A stretch of DNA of 64,000 nucleotides from Minutocellus sp. GHC0000111 (taxonomy: Eukaryota): NCBI GenBank assembly GCA_977018835.1, contig OZ361256.1, forward strand, positions 4,960,001 through 5,024,000, read 5' to 3'. Below are positions 9,305 through 19,834 of this stretch, piece after piece; positions within the stretch are counted from its first letter, which is position 1; each line of letters starts with the position of its first letter. The notes beneath the pieces were generated by a model. The model was not told where the DNA came from and searched no databases. It saw nothing but the letters and a program-made list of their open reading frames with translations. The position numbers and the translations under genes are program-made.

Positions 9305-11149
9305 TTACCACCAATCACATGCCTTACTATTTGGATCCTTTCCAACTTCTTCCTGGCCCATCAGTTCCGCCAACTCAGCCTCATGCTCCCCAACTGCACT
9401 GAGCATCGAAAGCCACAGGTCAGGCTTTGGTCGAGATTTTGTCTTCTTCTTTTTTGGGCTCATCTCTTCATCTACATGTATTGTAGCTCCGAAAGCATGA
9501 TCGATCTCCGCGTCATCTTCCTCAACTTCCTCTTCCTCCAAATCTTGGTGTTCGCACATGCCCGAATATGCCATTTGAGGCGGACCACGGACAGGAATCC
9601 AAAACCCTTGTTCGATTTCCCTTTGCAGCTGTCCAACTGTCCAGACGCTGGCTCCGACGAAGAAGCTAAAGTCATCCCTCTCCATCTTCCCGTCAATCAC
9701 CGATTGAGCCGCCTTGATCAAGTCCGAATTGAAGTAGACAGCCGAATCTGAATCTGCAGCGGCCGATAAGATCTCCTCAACTTGTTCATCTCTATCGTCT
9801 GATTGGACCATTGGCAAAACCATGCCACCAAGTTTTAGCTCTTCCTCTAATTCTGGACTAGCCGTGTGCATCATTTGGACGGAGACATTGACTGGACCTC
9901 CTTCTCTAACGATCGAATCGCCAAATGCTCGGCGAAGGATGGGTGGGATGCAGTCTGGCCTTAGAACCTCTCTGAGGGCGCGAGGACGTGGACTCCCGGC
10001 TTCATTCGGAATGGAAGAAAATGACAAACGATTGACGATAACACCATAAGTGCCACCGCCGCTGGGATATTGGTCACCCTCCAATAAGCCATCGTCACTA
10101 ACTCCATCGTCTGTATCCTTCTTGGTGGCAACGTGAGGTTCCGTGTGATCAAGTATTGCAATGACGGTATTGGCAAAATAGCCCGATAGCAGTGGATGTG
10201 CAACAAGGAATGTACCAGCCCTCAAATACGTCGATGGGGAATACTTGGACAAAATTTTAACATTCTTGGCCGCTTGCTGTCGATATCGTCGTTTTGCCTT
10301 TAATGCATCCTTTTCCTTTCGGTTTTGACCCAGTCTCATTCCCATCGATTCAGCCCAAATCAACTTTTTGTTGAACTCTCGAAGCGCAAGGAATGCCGCT
10401 TCCCTTCGGGATGTATCGGTAAAGTAAGCTGAAACCTCCGTCGGTTGTTGATTTTGAGCTGCTACTGTTTCCTCACTTGCACCAGCATTCCATTGGCCCA
10501 ATGACGGAGCGCGAAACTCTCTCCGAATCATCTCCTCCAACCTGTGCGCATCATCATTGGCAACAATATGCGATGGGAAGCGCATCTGAGTGTCCCCACC
10601 CCCAACAAGATCTTGAAGCAATTTGCGAAATAGTACCTCATGCGAGGGCCTCCGGTTGCTCGTGCTGTTCCCACCAGATCCATCTTCAAGATCATGAAGA
10701 TTGAATTCCTCTATTTCATCCAAATCATCTCCCTGTATGATGCTGATCCTGATGGACCCGTCATCCGACGCTGAGCCTTCCACCAGCATATCGTCCGCCT
10801 CTGCCAATTCAGCAGCCCCGAGCCGGCGCCCCCGTACAGCGGCTTTGCTATGGTGGTAGTAACTCCTCCGCAGGTCATCGTATCCACGAGACAGGTCGCG
10901 CGCCGAATCAGGTGGTAGATGAACGGACTGCAGCTCTTCGTCTGGGATGGTGGGATTGCCTCCTCCTCGTCGGCCGGCTGTGGCGGAGGCATCAGGAGCA
11001 CCACCACGGTAGGGACCGTCGGTGGCTGGATCCCAGCGATCGGCTCGTCCCGTACGGTGGAGGAAAGAGCAAAGGGCGGGACTTTGGCCGTATATCCGCG
11101 ATGAGCGGAGGAGGGATCGGTAGAGGGCCCGAGAGACGGACGTGCTCAT
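9305..11149 (-). CDS. DUF179 (AlgH/YqgE, UPF0301) domain protein with long N-terminal extension
   Basis: C-terminal half has GTFLVAHPLL..FANTVI..YGVIVNR..EGGPV..FFVGASVWTVGQLQREIEQGFW. Likely start MSTSVSRALYRSLLR at 11149; upstream ATG at 11185. Confidence 0.85.
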   Translation of the reverse strand: MSTSVSRALYRSLLRSSRIYGQSPALCSFLHRTGRADRWDPATDGPYRGGAPDASATAGRRGGGNPTIPDEELQSVHLPPDSARDLSRGYDDLRRSYYHHSKAAVRGRRLGAAELAEADDMLVEGSASDDGSIRISIIQGDDLDEIEEFNLHDLEDGSGGNSTSNRRPSHEVLFRKLLQDLVGGGDTQMRFPSHIVANDDAHRLEEMIRREFRAPSLGQWNAGASEETVAAQNQQPTEVSAYFTDTSRREAAFLALREFNKKLIWAESMGMRLGQNRKEKDALKAKRRYRQQAAKNVKILSKYSPSTYLRAGTFLVAHPLLSGYFANTVIAILDHTEPHVATKKDTDDGVSDDGLLEGDQYPSGGGTYGVIVNRLSFSSIPNEAGSPRPRALREVLRPDCIPPILRRAFGDSIVREGGPVNVSVQMMHTASPELEEELKLGGMVLPMVQSDDRDEQVEEILSAAADSDSAVYFNSDLIKAAQSVIDGKMERDDFSFFVGASVWTVGQLQREIEQGFWIPVRGPPQMAYSGMCEHQDLEEEEVEEDDAEIDHAFGATIHVDEEMSPKKKKTKSRPKPDLWLSMLSAVGEHEAELAELMGQEEVGKDPNSKACDWW

Positions 11150-11416
11150 GGTTGCTGCTTGCTGCCAGAACGAAATGAAATGCATTGCTCCTGGATTCGA
11201 TTTCTTTCGGTATGACGTGTTTGACCGAGGCGACCTGGCTGACTACTACTAGGCCTACGTAGGCCTAGCTAGCTAGTACCTAGGTACCTAGGCCTAGGTA
11301 CGACTGGCTGACTGCGAAAGCAAGGCTGAAGGCACGATGAAGTCAGGCAGCATAGGTACCCGGTTGTCAGGCCGACGATTCGACAACGTTCCCGTACACC
11401 TGACCTGCATTTGACA

Positions 11417-11857
11417 ATGAAGCCAACACCTTACTTTGCGTTGCTCACTGCGCTTGCAGCCGCGGCAGAAGGGTTTGTGCAAAACCAGCACCAGTCAAGA
11501 ATGAGGGTCGACAGCAGGACGGCCACACTCTTGGTCCAAGGTGGTAGCAACACTGCTCTGTTTGTTGGAGACCTGCCGTACGGTCCACCGTCGGGAGCTA
11601 GCAGTAGTGACAGCAATGCCGACGACAATTCTGCTCCCAGCGACCCCGCCGTCGGTGCGGCAGCGGCTGATACCAGTGAAGGAGGAGGCACACTGCGTGG
11701 AAATCGTTTCAGCAAGTACGCGCCCGACGCAAGCTTGGACACGGCCGAGTTCCGAGAGCAACTGAAGGAGAACATGAAGGCCGATCTTGAGAGGCGGAGG
11801 AGAGAGGATCCAAACAGAGGGAACCAACCTGCCAAGACCTACCTCGACAATCTCTAA
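11417..11857 (+). CDS. Small putative plastid-targeted protein
   Basis: Signal peptide MKPTPYFALLTALAAAAEG|F (ASAF-like cleavage), low-complexity linker, charged helix, C-terminal YLDNL. Confidence 0.75.
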   Translation: MKPTPYFALLTALAAAAEGFVQNQHQSRMRVDSRTATLLVQGGSNTALFVGDLPYGPPSGASSSDSNADDNSAPSDPAVGAAAADTSEGGGTLRGNRFSKYAPDASLDTAEFREQLKENMKADLERRRREDPNRGNQPAKTYLDNL

Positions 11858-12965
11858 ACTTGTTCATTCATAGTCAGATTAGGTTCAGTACGGAGAATGT
11901 CCTTGCTACATTTAATCAAAGCATGAATGAAAAACTAATTTAAAAGAACATCGCATATAAATATGTATCTATGAATATCTACGTAAAATAAACATCAACA
12001 TCTGAAGGAAACGCCTTATCAAATCTATAAATAAAATTCGTATGAAAAAGAGGGGCAATTGGAAGGGGTCGTGTCAGTTTGAAAAACGGACAAAATCGTA
12101 CCGACAAAGCGGCAATAGGGATGAAAAAATTTAGGGTTGAGGACTGACGAGGAGGCCGTGGGGTGCAAACAAGAGAGGATGCCACAGGCACGTACAAATA
12201 CTGCACATAGTGTGTCGTGTCATCACATCTCGAGCCGCACATGTGTCCAAAAAAGACAGGGCCACTCCGCTAATAATCTCGGTCCTGCTGACATTGACAA
12301 AAATCTCAGTCAGCGTTACTCTCGCATCCGCATGAAGGATTCTCGTGCGTGGGTAGGTGCATACATGACGTACGCGGCACCGATCCGAATAAGGATGCTT
12401 TCCCCCTGGACGTTAACTGCATTCGACAAAACGCTTACAAGTGCTCACCTCCAATAGTTCAAGTCCGAGACCGGGAGAAAACATTGCAGAAGAGCAAACC
12501 ACCTTCCTACACGCACAGAACGGCAAAGTGAATAACAAGGAGAGTTAGATACAAAATTTCATTGATGCAAAAGAAAAAACATGTGGGGGAGTCTACTAGC
12601 GACGGAATACATGGGAAACAGTAAGCTCCGCTAACGAAAAATCTCCTCCAACTCTATCTTGCGTTCAAGATCATGACAGTAGAGGCAAGGATGAGAAGCC
12701 ACTACATCACAAGTTAGAACGCTTCGCGTCTTCCCTCATCTCAATCGGCGTGGCTTCCCAACAAATGAATGGCTCAGAAATTATTAATCTTTTGAGGTTG
12801 AATTCGATACACACTGCTCAAGCATCACCAAGAGCTCGCGAAAACAATATATCTTCCTTGCCAAATTTCTTGAAAAGAGAATGCACACGCAGCCGATACA
12901 AAGCAAAGTCAACAAATATCATTCCCCCTCCAAAAGCAGATACAACTTACATGGCACGCATAGTC

Positions 12966-14239
12966 TTAACCGATCTCCTTTCTCCACAAGATAATCTCTT
13001 GCTGCTTGAAATATCGTCGGTCTTCTTCGTCTACCAGAACCAAGTTGAGAAAATATCGGACCGAGAACCGATTGTTTACGGCATCATACGTCGGTGTCAA
13101 ATCGGCTGGTATTCCCTTCAAATACAATCGTACAGGAATTTGCTCTCCCTTCACAGGTGCTCCGTCCATAATCTCGTACTTGGTCAAAGTCTGCGTCTCG
13201 GTGAGGATGTTGGCATCGGCGTTCCCCCCTGGATGGCCGGTGCCGGCTGGGCCGACCCCGGAGGAGCGATCGAAGTGGTCGCCACGCCCTCCCCGGACGT
13301 TTCTCTCCGTATGACCGCCAGCTCCATGTGCTTGATTTTGATCCTAACCAGGAGGAAGTTGATCTTGCCCAGGATGACGTCGGTGAGGTGGTAGCATCGG
13401 CGTTCGTATTCGAACTCGATGTGGAGGCAGTCCTCTATGCCGACCTCCATCTTGATCGATTCGTTCACCTCGGGCTCCTTGCCGATGATCTGAACGAAGA
13501 CCTCGTGCTCCTTGTGAAGGGGTGGGAGGAACTTCCTCTCCACAACGACCCGGACAAAGTACCGGACCGACACGTTCCGACCGCGGTAGGATTCGAATTC
13601 CTTTTCTACATTGCGGAAGTGGAAAGGAACGACCGTCTTGGGCTGGTACAGCGTTCCGGGAGGGACGAGCTCCTTGGATAAAGAGATAAAGTCGTAGTGC
13701 GGCCGACCCTCGTGGATGGCCATCCCCATGTCGATCCGGCCGAAGAACTGGACCTTGATGCCCAAGTGATCGGCCTTTTTGCCCTGCGGGAGGAAGAGGA
13801 TGACCTTGCCCTCGACGCCCTCGGATGCCTCGTACGCGTACGTGCTGCGATGACCGCCACTGGCGTTGGTCAGGGCCATGGCCGATGCCACATCGGCGGC
13901 TGCTGGGTTGCCAGCGAGGGAGGGATTGGACAGACCTCGCTTGCCCGGAGGATATTTGAGGCTGGTGAAGACGTTCTTCCTCACCTTCCAGGTCGGGGGA
14001 TGGTCGAGAGCGACGATGCCCGCACGCTCCGGATGATCATCGAGCTCGATTTCCACCTTGATTCCACCGCCACCGAAGCCAAAGAAGGACTGGAATAAGA
14101 TTGAAAGATGAGACAACAATGATGAAGGAGAGGATGTGAGTTGAGTGAGTGGTCTGGGGAAGCAACCAGAAGGCCGGACGAACGGTCAGACGGGGTTGCA
14201 GGTTGCGTTGTTGGCTGCGGCTCACAAGATACGCACCAT
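12966..14239 (-). CDS. VPS26: Retromer subunit VPS26 (ATG-only first exon; apparent frameshift at G6 run 13224-13229)
   Basis: ATG 14239-14237, intron 14236-14090 (GTGCGT..CAG), then [49 protein letters not shown]-terminus [37 protein letters not shown] is in another frame. Confidence 0.95.
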
Positions 14240-14525
14240 TTCCACGTCGTGACAGGGCACCAGCCCCTCGGACAAAGGCTTTTCAGAATATGTCGGCCGC
14301 CTTGGGGGTGGTAGAGCGGCGAGAGAGATGCGCCGAAGGTGGAACGGTCGGTACTGGACCGTCACCGCTGCTGCCTGGCCTGCGGCGTGATTTGTTTTGG
14401 AGTTTGCATGTTATGTTGCAACATGCGTCGCATGGTTTCAATGTTATGTTGCATGCCGATGTCAGCATCCGATCGCTAGGAAGTTCAGTTCCCCACTGCA
14501 AAAAAAATGAAGGCTAAAGCATTGA

Positions 14526-16112
14526 ATGGAGGCGAGCGAGTGTGAGAAGCAAGAAGCAGCCAAGATGAGCAAGAAGTGCAGCTCAATCTCCCTTCTTCTG
14601 ACGATATCAGTGGCAATAGCTTCAACAGCATGCGGCTTCCAGCTAGGTGGTTCATCTGCGCCCGTGCGCCCCACGAGGTGGATGGCAACCCATCGGTACT
14701 CAACAACGGAGGACCAGCATGCACCGACAGATAGTCCTCAACTGGAGGACAATGAAGATCCTTTCCCTGCGTCGTTGCTAACGAGCGCGGTGATCAACGT
14801 GACTTATGATGGCGGTCACTTTTACGGTTGGAGCGCTTCGAACGATGGGGCGACTTCTGCTTCGTCGGATGCCAACAACAGCGAAGACTCACTGGAATAC
14901 AGCTCCCGACGCAACGGCGCGTCCTTCCTACCACCGATATACGGCCAGCGTCAGAACCAACCTCATATGGCTGGACGGAAACGACGGAGGGGAAAGCGCA
15001 TCCCTGGTCTGGGAACCACGCAGGTGAGGTCCGTGGAGGGAGTGATCGCACAGTCCTTGGCCAAGGTGTATGGCGATGTCGACATCAAACGAATCCAGAT
15101 TGAGGGCTGCAGTCGGACAGATAAGGGCGTCCACGGTCAGTCCATGGTCGCTCTGGTGTATTGTCTTACGGAGGAGGCAGCACAAAGGGCTACGGAAGAA
15201 CGGCAGCAGCAAAACGATGTTAGTATTGTATCGAAGGAAAGTCATGATGCCGATGCCGAAGCCGATGCCGACAATACAACTGAAAGCAAAATCAACACCA
15301 GTGGGATCCCCGGGAAGAGACTGCCACATCCAGCGTCTCCCACAGATGATTCGTCCTTCCAACGCCTTCCCTTCAATGGCGACATTGACAAACTCATGTT
15401 TGTAATGAATCGTATGCTCCCACCCGACGTTCGCATAAGCAACATTGCTCCTACACCGGCCAAATCGTCGGATGCATTGCCATTCCACCCAACGCTCGAT
15501 GCAAGAGAAAAAACGTACCGGTATACACTGTCGATCGGCCACGTGCACGATCCTATGCGATGGCGCCACGTTTGGCACGTCGACACATACGGCAAACGTT
15601 TTGATACCGAGAAGGCACGCCAATGTGCAGCTCTTTTCGAGGGACGGCACGACTTTGCCGCCTTCCGAGGGGCCTTTCGAGGTAGCGAGAGGAAGAGAGT
15701 GCAGAGCGATACGATCTGCAACTTGTCTCGATGCTGTATCGAACGGGAGATGGATGACGTGGTCGATTGTCTCGGTGATTCACCCCTTGCCGATGTGATC
15801 GTCGGCGGTAATAACGAGGAAGCTGCGGAGAATGGACTGGAACCATTGACGACCTACACTGTAACGGTCACAGGCGATCGGTTCCTCTACAAGCAAGTCC
15901 GCTTCTTGGTGGGCAGCATTGTTAGCGTCGGTCTTGGCAAATCATCTTTGGATGTTGTCAAAAATGCTCTGCAGAATGGAACTTGGGAGGAAGAGGGCCC
16001 GGAGTCCACCGGAAACGGAAAGAAGAATATCTTATGCGCACCATCTCATGGACTATGCTTAACCGATGTTCAATTTGACGAGGGTATTGACTTTGATTGG
16101 GTTGTGGAGTGA
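14526..16112 (+). CDS. truA: tRNA pseudouridine(38-40) synthase, TruA family, likely plastid-targeted
   Basis: YDGGHFYGW, catalytic SRTDKGVH, FEGRHDFAAF, GDRFLYKQVR, APSHGLCL. Signal peptide plus ACG|F; alternative start at 14565. Confidence 0.93.
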   Translation: MEASECEKQEAAKMSKKCSSISLLLTISVAIASTACGFQLGGSSAPVRPTRWMATHRYSTTEDQHAPTDSPQLEDNEDPFPASLLTSAVINVTYDGGHFYGWSASNDGATSASSDANNSEDSLEYSSRRNGASFLPPIYGQRQNQPHMAGRKRRRGKRIPGLGTTQVRSVEGVIAQSLAKVYGDVDIKRIQIEGCSRTDKGVHGQSMVALVYCLTEEAAQRATEERQQQNDVSIVSKESHDADAEADADNTTESKINTSGIPGKRLPHPASPTDDSSFQRLPFNGDIDKLMFVMNRMLPPDVRISNIAPTPAKSSDALPFHPTLDAREKTYRYTLSIGHVHDPMRWRHVWHVDTYGKRFDTEKARQCAALFEGRHDFAAFRGAFRGSERKRVQSDTICNLSRCCIEREMDDVVDCLGDSPLADVIVGGNNEEAAENGLEPLTTYTVTVTGDRFLYKQVRFLVGSIVSVGLGKSSLDVVKNALQNGTWEEEGPESTGNGKKNILCAPSHGLCLTDVQFDEGIDFDWVVE

Positions 16113-16304
16113 TTATTCCATCATTGACTATATCATACCGGGGTATGGCTTGATGGATTGAATTATTTTTATGCTCAGTTTTGGTGTGGCAATTTTGAAA
16201 TAATTTTGAATTTTGAGAAAGTGCACCCACTGAGGTCGAGAGGCTGTATTGCACGATCTCGCTCGGAAGGGACGATCACCGTCACCCCCTCCCCATCACC
16301 TTCC

Positions 16305-17731
16305 ATGTCAGCTATCGAGGAGCTACCGAGCATTGCCCTCCCGGGGACACCCACCAGGAGGGCATTCTGATTCAGCCCGTGCCATGCTATGTGGTCAAAA
16401 CCAAGCTACGTAGCGCAGAAGCTGACGGCGACAAGCTCTTTATCAACGTGGCCTCTTCAAACGCCATTGCAGCGCCCTCCACCAAGAAGCGACTCGACGC
16501 CGAGGGCAAAGAAGTCGAAGGTCTCAATGTCCCAGTCTCCGTTGGATCAATCCGAAGCTGCACCGACAAGGCCGGAAAGCCTGCCCTGGCGATCGATGTG
16601 ATTGTCAGCCCTAAGATCATCCAGGACAACAAAGAGGAGAAAGACTCCTCACCCCTGGGCATGGGTGGCTCTGGAAGCCGCGACTTCTTAAATCGGTTCA
16701 TCGTGGAGTGTGTGGAACAGAAATGCAATGCTTCGGCGCCACCGTCTGGACAGAGAGGACCGCCTTTGCCATCTAGTTTCGCAGGTACCCAAAGTGTAGG
16801 GCCAGTGACAGTCGATCGAAAGTATACCCTGCCAAAACTATCGTACCAAGGTTACGTCCATTCCATCACCGGCCTACCGGTAGACAAGTCCTCTGAGTTT
16901 GCCGAGGTTGCCAAGCAAATGATTCGCGATGCCAAGAAGCAGCCCGTCATCGAAGAGGTTGAGCCGCCGGCGAGATCGGCTGGAAGTCCTGAACTCACCG
17001 TCGTCAGTAACAGCAGCAAGGTGTCGGAACCAATGCCTCCCATCGAGTGCAGTATGAGCATTGAGATGGCGGATGGTACTATCAAGCCTCTTTCTGATTA
17101 TGTTGAAGGTGCCACCAATGCATTCCTCGAGGGGGATGCCCTCGTCGTTACAGTGGACCCAGCCCTTTCCTCGCATTCCAATGGAAGTCTGCTCCTGATT
17201 GGCGACGCATCCAAATCAAGCAACAATCCAGCTGTAGAAGCAAAGGTGGTCCATCTCGAATGTCAGATCGCTTGCTGTCCCGACCCCGAAGGGATTCGCG
17301 TCGATGTTTCTGCATATGCAATTTCCTTGACTTCGAAAGGTCACAGTCCAATGAAGTGTATCTTCCCAATCCCTATTGATACTGGTAGCGCAACTTGCTC
17401 CTACAATGCTACCTCATCGACTCTTTCCGTCCGAGCAACCGTTGTTGCCGACGATACAATTGATCGCCCCGATATCGGAAGCCACCCATGGATGCTCCAG
17501 AAGGGACTGTCATCCAAGAAGGAGAAGAATGCTACAAGCAGCAATGAGAAACGAGGAGAGTCTGCGATCGAAGACGACAAAGACGACGATGGCGTCTTAC
17601 CAGAAGATCGTTTCCATGCTCGAGATGCCTATTCGCAGCACATGCTTCTCAAGCAGAAGGAAGAACAGAGCGGGGGAAATGGTGTGACTGATGAAGACAA
17701 TGTTCCCGATAGAGATTTGGAACTATTTTAG
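16305..17731 (+). CDS. PIH1-domain co-chaperone (PIH1/DNAAF2-like); apparent frameshift near 16340-16346
   Basis: IQPVPCYVVKTK..KLFINV..LNVPVSVG..DKAGKP..DV..LPKLSYQG is a PIH1 N-domain, followed by a CS-like beta region. The only nearby ATG (16305, MSAIEEL) is one base out of frame with the long ORF. Confidence 0.8.
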
Positions 17732-17742
17732 ACGAATACGGT

Positions 17743-18336
17743 TTATATCTCCTCAATCTCCATTGCTAACTTGGACGCCTTCGCGACCTTCCTAGCTGCA
17801 CTAGCTGCATCTCGCTTCCTGGCTTCCGAAATCTTCAAGGTGTCAGGCAAATCATTCTCCAGTACGCATGCAACTCCAATTGCGCTGCCGCCGAACAACT
17901 GCTTGGTGCCATCAAGAACGAATTCGCAGCCTCTTGCATCCCAGACCTTGCTAAATTTGACAAAGATACGCCCGTCATTCCATCGCTGGACATCAACAAT
18001 ACCAACACCATCAGCATCACTCTCCACTCCGCCTTGAAGGCTACGAACCAATTCATCTTTCACATCATTCTCGTTCCCGTCGAGAAGAGTCGCACAGCCT
18101 CGGGCCTCCCATACCTTGGCAAATTGCACATCAAAGGTACCATCACCAGCATTGCGCTCAAGTCGAACAATTGATTCGTCCTCATCATTGTGCAAAGCTT
18201 CCTTCAGCGCATCCTTCACATCTGATCTCTCGATCTCGAGCGAGATGCCAGAAATACGAACCCAAGTAGTAGGCAAGGCAGGGCCTGCGAGCGTCGCACC
18301 CGCTGCTGTACTATCAACTACCAATTGGTAGCGTAC
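17743..18336 (-). CDS. RRM-like tandem-repeat protein fragment lacking an ATG start
   Basis: Two copies of (G)xFxVxFxKVWxARGCxxxLDG, an RRM-like pattern. No in-frame ATG back to the stop at 18406-18408; possible acceptor CAG at 18339-18337. Confidence 0.55.
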   Translation of the reverse strand, partial: VRYQLVVDSTAAGATLAGPALPTTWVRISGISLEIERSDVKDALKEALHNDEDESIVRLERNAGDGTFDVQFAKVWEARGCATLLDGNENDVKDELVRSLQGGVESDADGVGIVDVQRWNDGRIFVKFSKVWDARGCEFVLDGTKQLFGGSAIGVACVLENDLPDTLKISEARKRDAASAARKVAKASKLAMEIEEI

Positions 18337-18558
18337 CTGCGCAGCTCTAGCTACGTAGTAGGTAGCAAGTAAATGTAAATCATCGGGAAGATCTAACCTT
18401 ACCCCTTATAAGAACCAACCAAAGTATTCGACTCAACTCTCAACAAATCTAAACACTTTTGATGCATCTTCTTCAGCTAGTACATTTACGCACACATATT
18501 CTCTCTTTACTAGAGTATCGCGAAAAGGACCATTCATTTCTACGTAGCTACGACAGAT

Positions 18559-19275
18559 CTACTTTGCCAGCGACGTGAACTTTCGAGCAAAACACATTGC
18601 GCCATTCTTGGTCTCGAAGCGGGGAGACACGAGCCAAACATGGCACTCATCATCTTCGTACTGAAATCCCTGAAATCCCTCTTCACAGGCCTTGTGCATG
18701 CAATCCTCAAAGTTCAAGTTGAAGACTTTGTACTCTTTATTATTCTCACCGGGCTTGCCATCCTTCTTGACGCAGGCACGTCCATCCCATCCGTAAAAGT
18801 CTTGCGGCGTTGCCATCGGCTCGACGGAAAACTCAACTGTTTCCATTTTGCCAAATTCACCTCCCTTGTGCTTTATCTGGCCATCAACGAATATCTTGTA
18901 GTACCCTTCGCCATATCCACAGCAGAGACCGTCGCCGTAGGCATCTTTAACATTACAAATGTAATCCCCATCGCAAACCTTGGTTGAAAGAGAGTGGATG
19001 GTATTCTTCAAGGTGAACTGAGTATGCTTCAAGACAGCGTCGTAGGGTTTGTCCACTTCACTAATCCAGAACATTGTTTCCTCAGGATAATTATCGGTAA
19101 AGATCTTCATCTCCAGATTATGCTGTGCTGGTTTTCCATCCTCGCAAGTTTGGGGAGGTGCATACGCCGGATCGACCACGATTAGACGACGGCGAAGATT
19201 TCCATCGTCTTCATCATTGCTGGTCCCATTTGCATGTGCCATGGCGGCGAAGAGCAATGCCGGGTAAATCTTCAT
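18559..19275 (-). CDS. Secreted protein with a diatom-type 'TDNYPEET..DxYGDGLCCxYGxGxY' domain and a Cys-rich PAN/apple-like C-terminus
   Basis: Signal peptide MKIYPALLFAAMAHA, LRRRL processing-like site, IFTDNYPEET..DAYGDGLCCGYGEGYYKIFVDG..GGEFG, then a six-Cys C-terminal module. Confidence 0.8.
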   Translation of the reverse strand: MKIYPALLFAAMAHANGTSNDEDDGNLRRRLIVVDPAYAPPQTCEDGKPAQHNLEMKIFTDNYPEETMFWISEVDKPYDAVLKHTQFTLKNTIHSLSTKVCDGDYICNVKDAYGDGLCCGYGEGYYKIFVDGQIKHKGGEFGKMETVEFSVEPMATPQDFYGWDGRACVKKDGKPGENNKEYKVFNLNFEDCMHKACEEGFQGFQYEDDECHVWLVSPRFETKNGAMCFARKFTSLAK

Positions 19276-19451
19276 TGTTGTACCGGTATTGAAGTGATGG
19301 TGGCGAGCAGTGATATCAATCTGTAATTGTTTGGGATATTCTCGAGTTCTTGAGTTATCGCTTGTGATAATGTAAAACTTACAATTCATTCGGACTTCCA
19401 ATGTAGGCTTCAATGGCCGGTTGTTGTTGAAATCCCAGTCGTACGGAACAT

Positions 19452-19621
19452 GCATGGAAACGATCTTCTGGTAAGACGCCATCGTCGTCTTTGTCGTCTT
19501 GGATCGCAGACTCTCCTCGTTTCTCATTGCTGCTTGTAGCATTCTTCTCCTTCTTGGATGACAGTCCCTTCTGGAGCATCCATGGGTGGCTTCCGATATC
19601 GGGGCGATCAATTGTATCGTC
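19452..19621 (-). repeat. 170-bp inverted copy of PIH1-gene coding sequence 17450-17619
   Basis: Reverse complement matches 17450-17619 with one visible substitution (GATCGAAG vs GATCCAAG). Confidence 0.95.
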
Positions 19622-19834
19622 AACCCACCCAGCCCACCTGGAAACTTTATGAGGTAGATCTCTCTAGATCTAAATACGTAGATCTACTAGCTAGCTAGAT
19701 CTGGCTAGTATTCTTAGTAACACAGCAATGCCGCACATTCTACACGTTCATGCTCTCCAATATTCTACAACACTGCTACAAAATCAACGCAACTCCCCTC
19801 TTTGGTGCTGCAATTGTGTCTTCTTTCGTGTCTC

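Noticed and set aside
11860..12960. Possible transposon relic or gene in a 1.1-kb intergenic gap
   Set aside because: Only short ORFs without motifs; no terminal repeats recognised.
13221..13232. Programmed -1 frameshift in VPS26
   Set aside because: G_GGG_GGA is not a canonical slippery heptamer, and the same one-base loss recurs in unrelated homopolymers, pointing to sequencing error.
19276..19623. N-terminal extension of the 354-aa ORF 18559-19623
   Set aside because: Starts at TTG and is partly an out-of-frame read of the duplicated PIH1 fragment; the signal peptide begins at ATG 19275.
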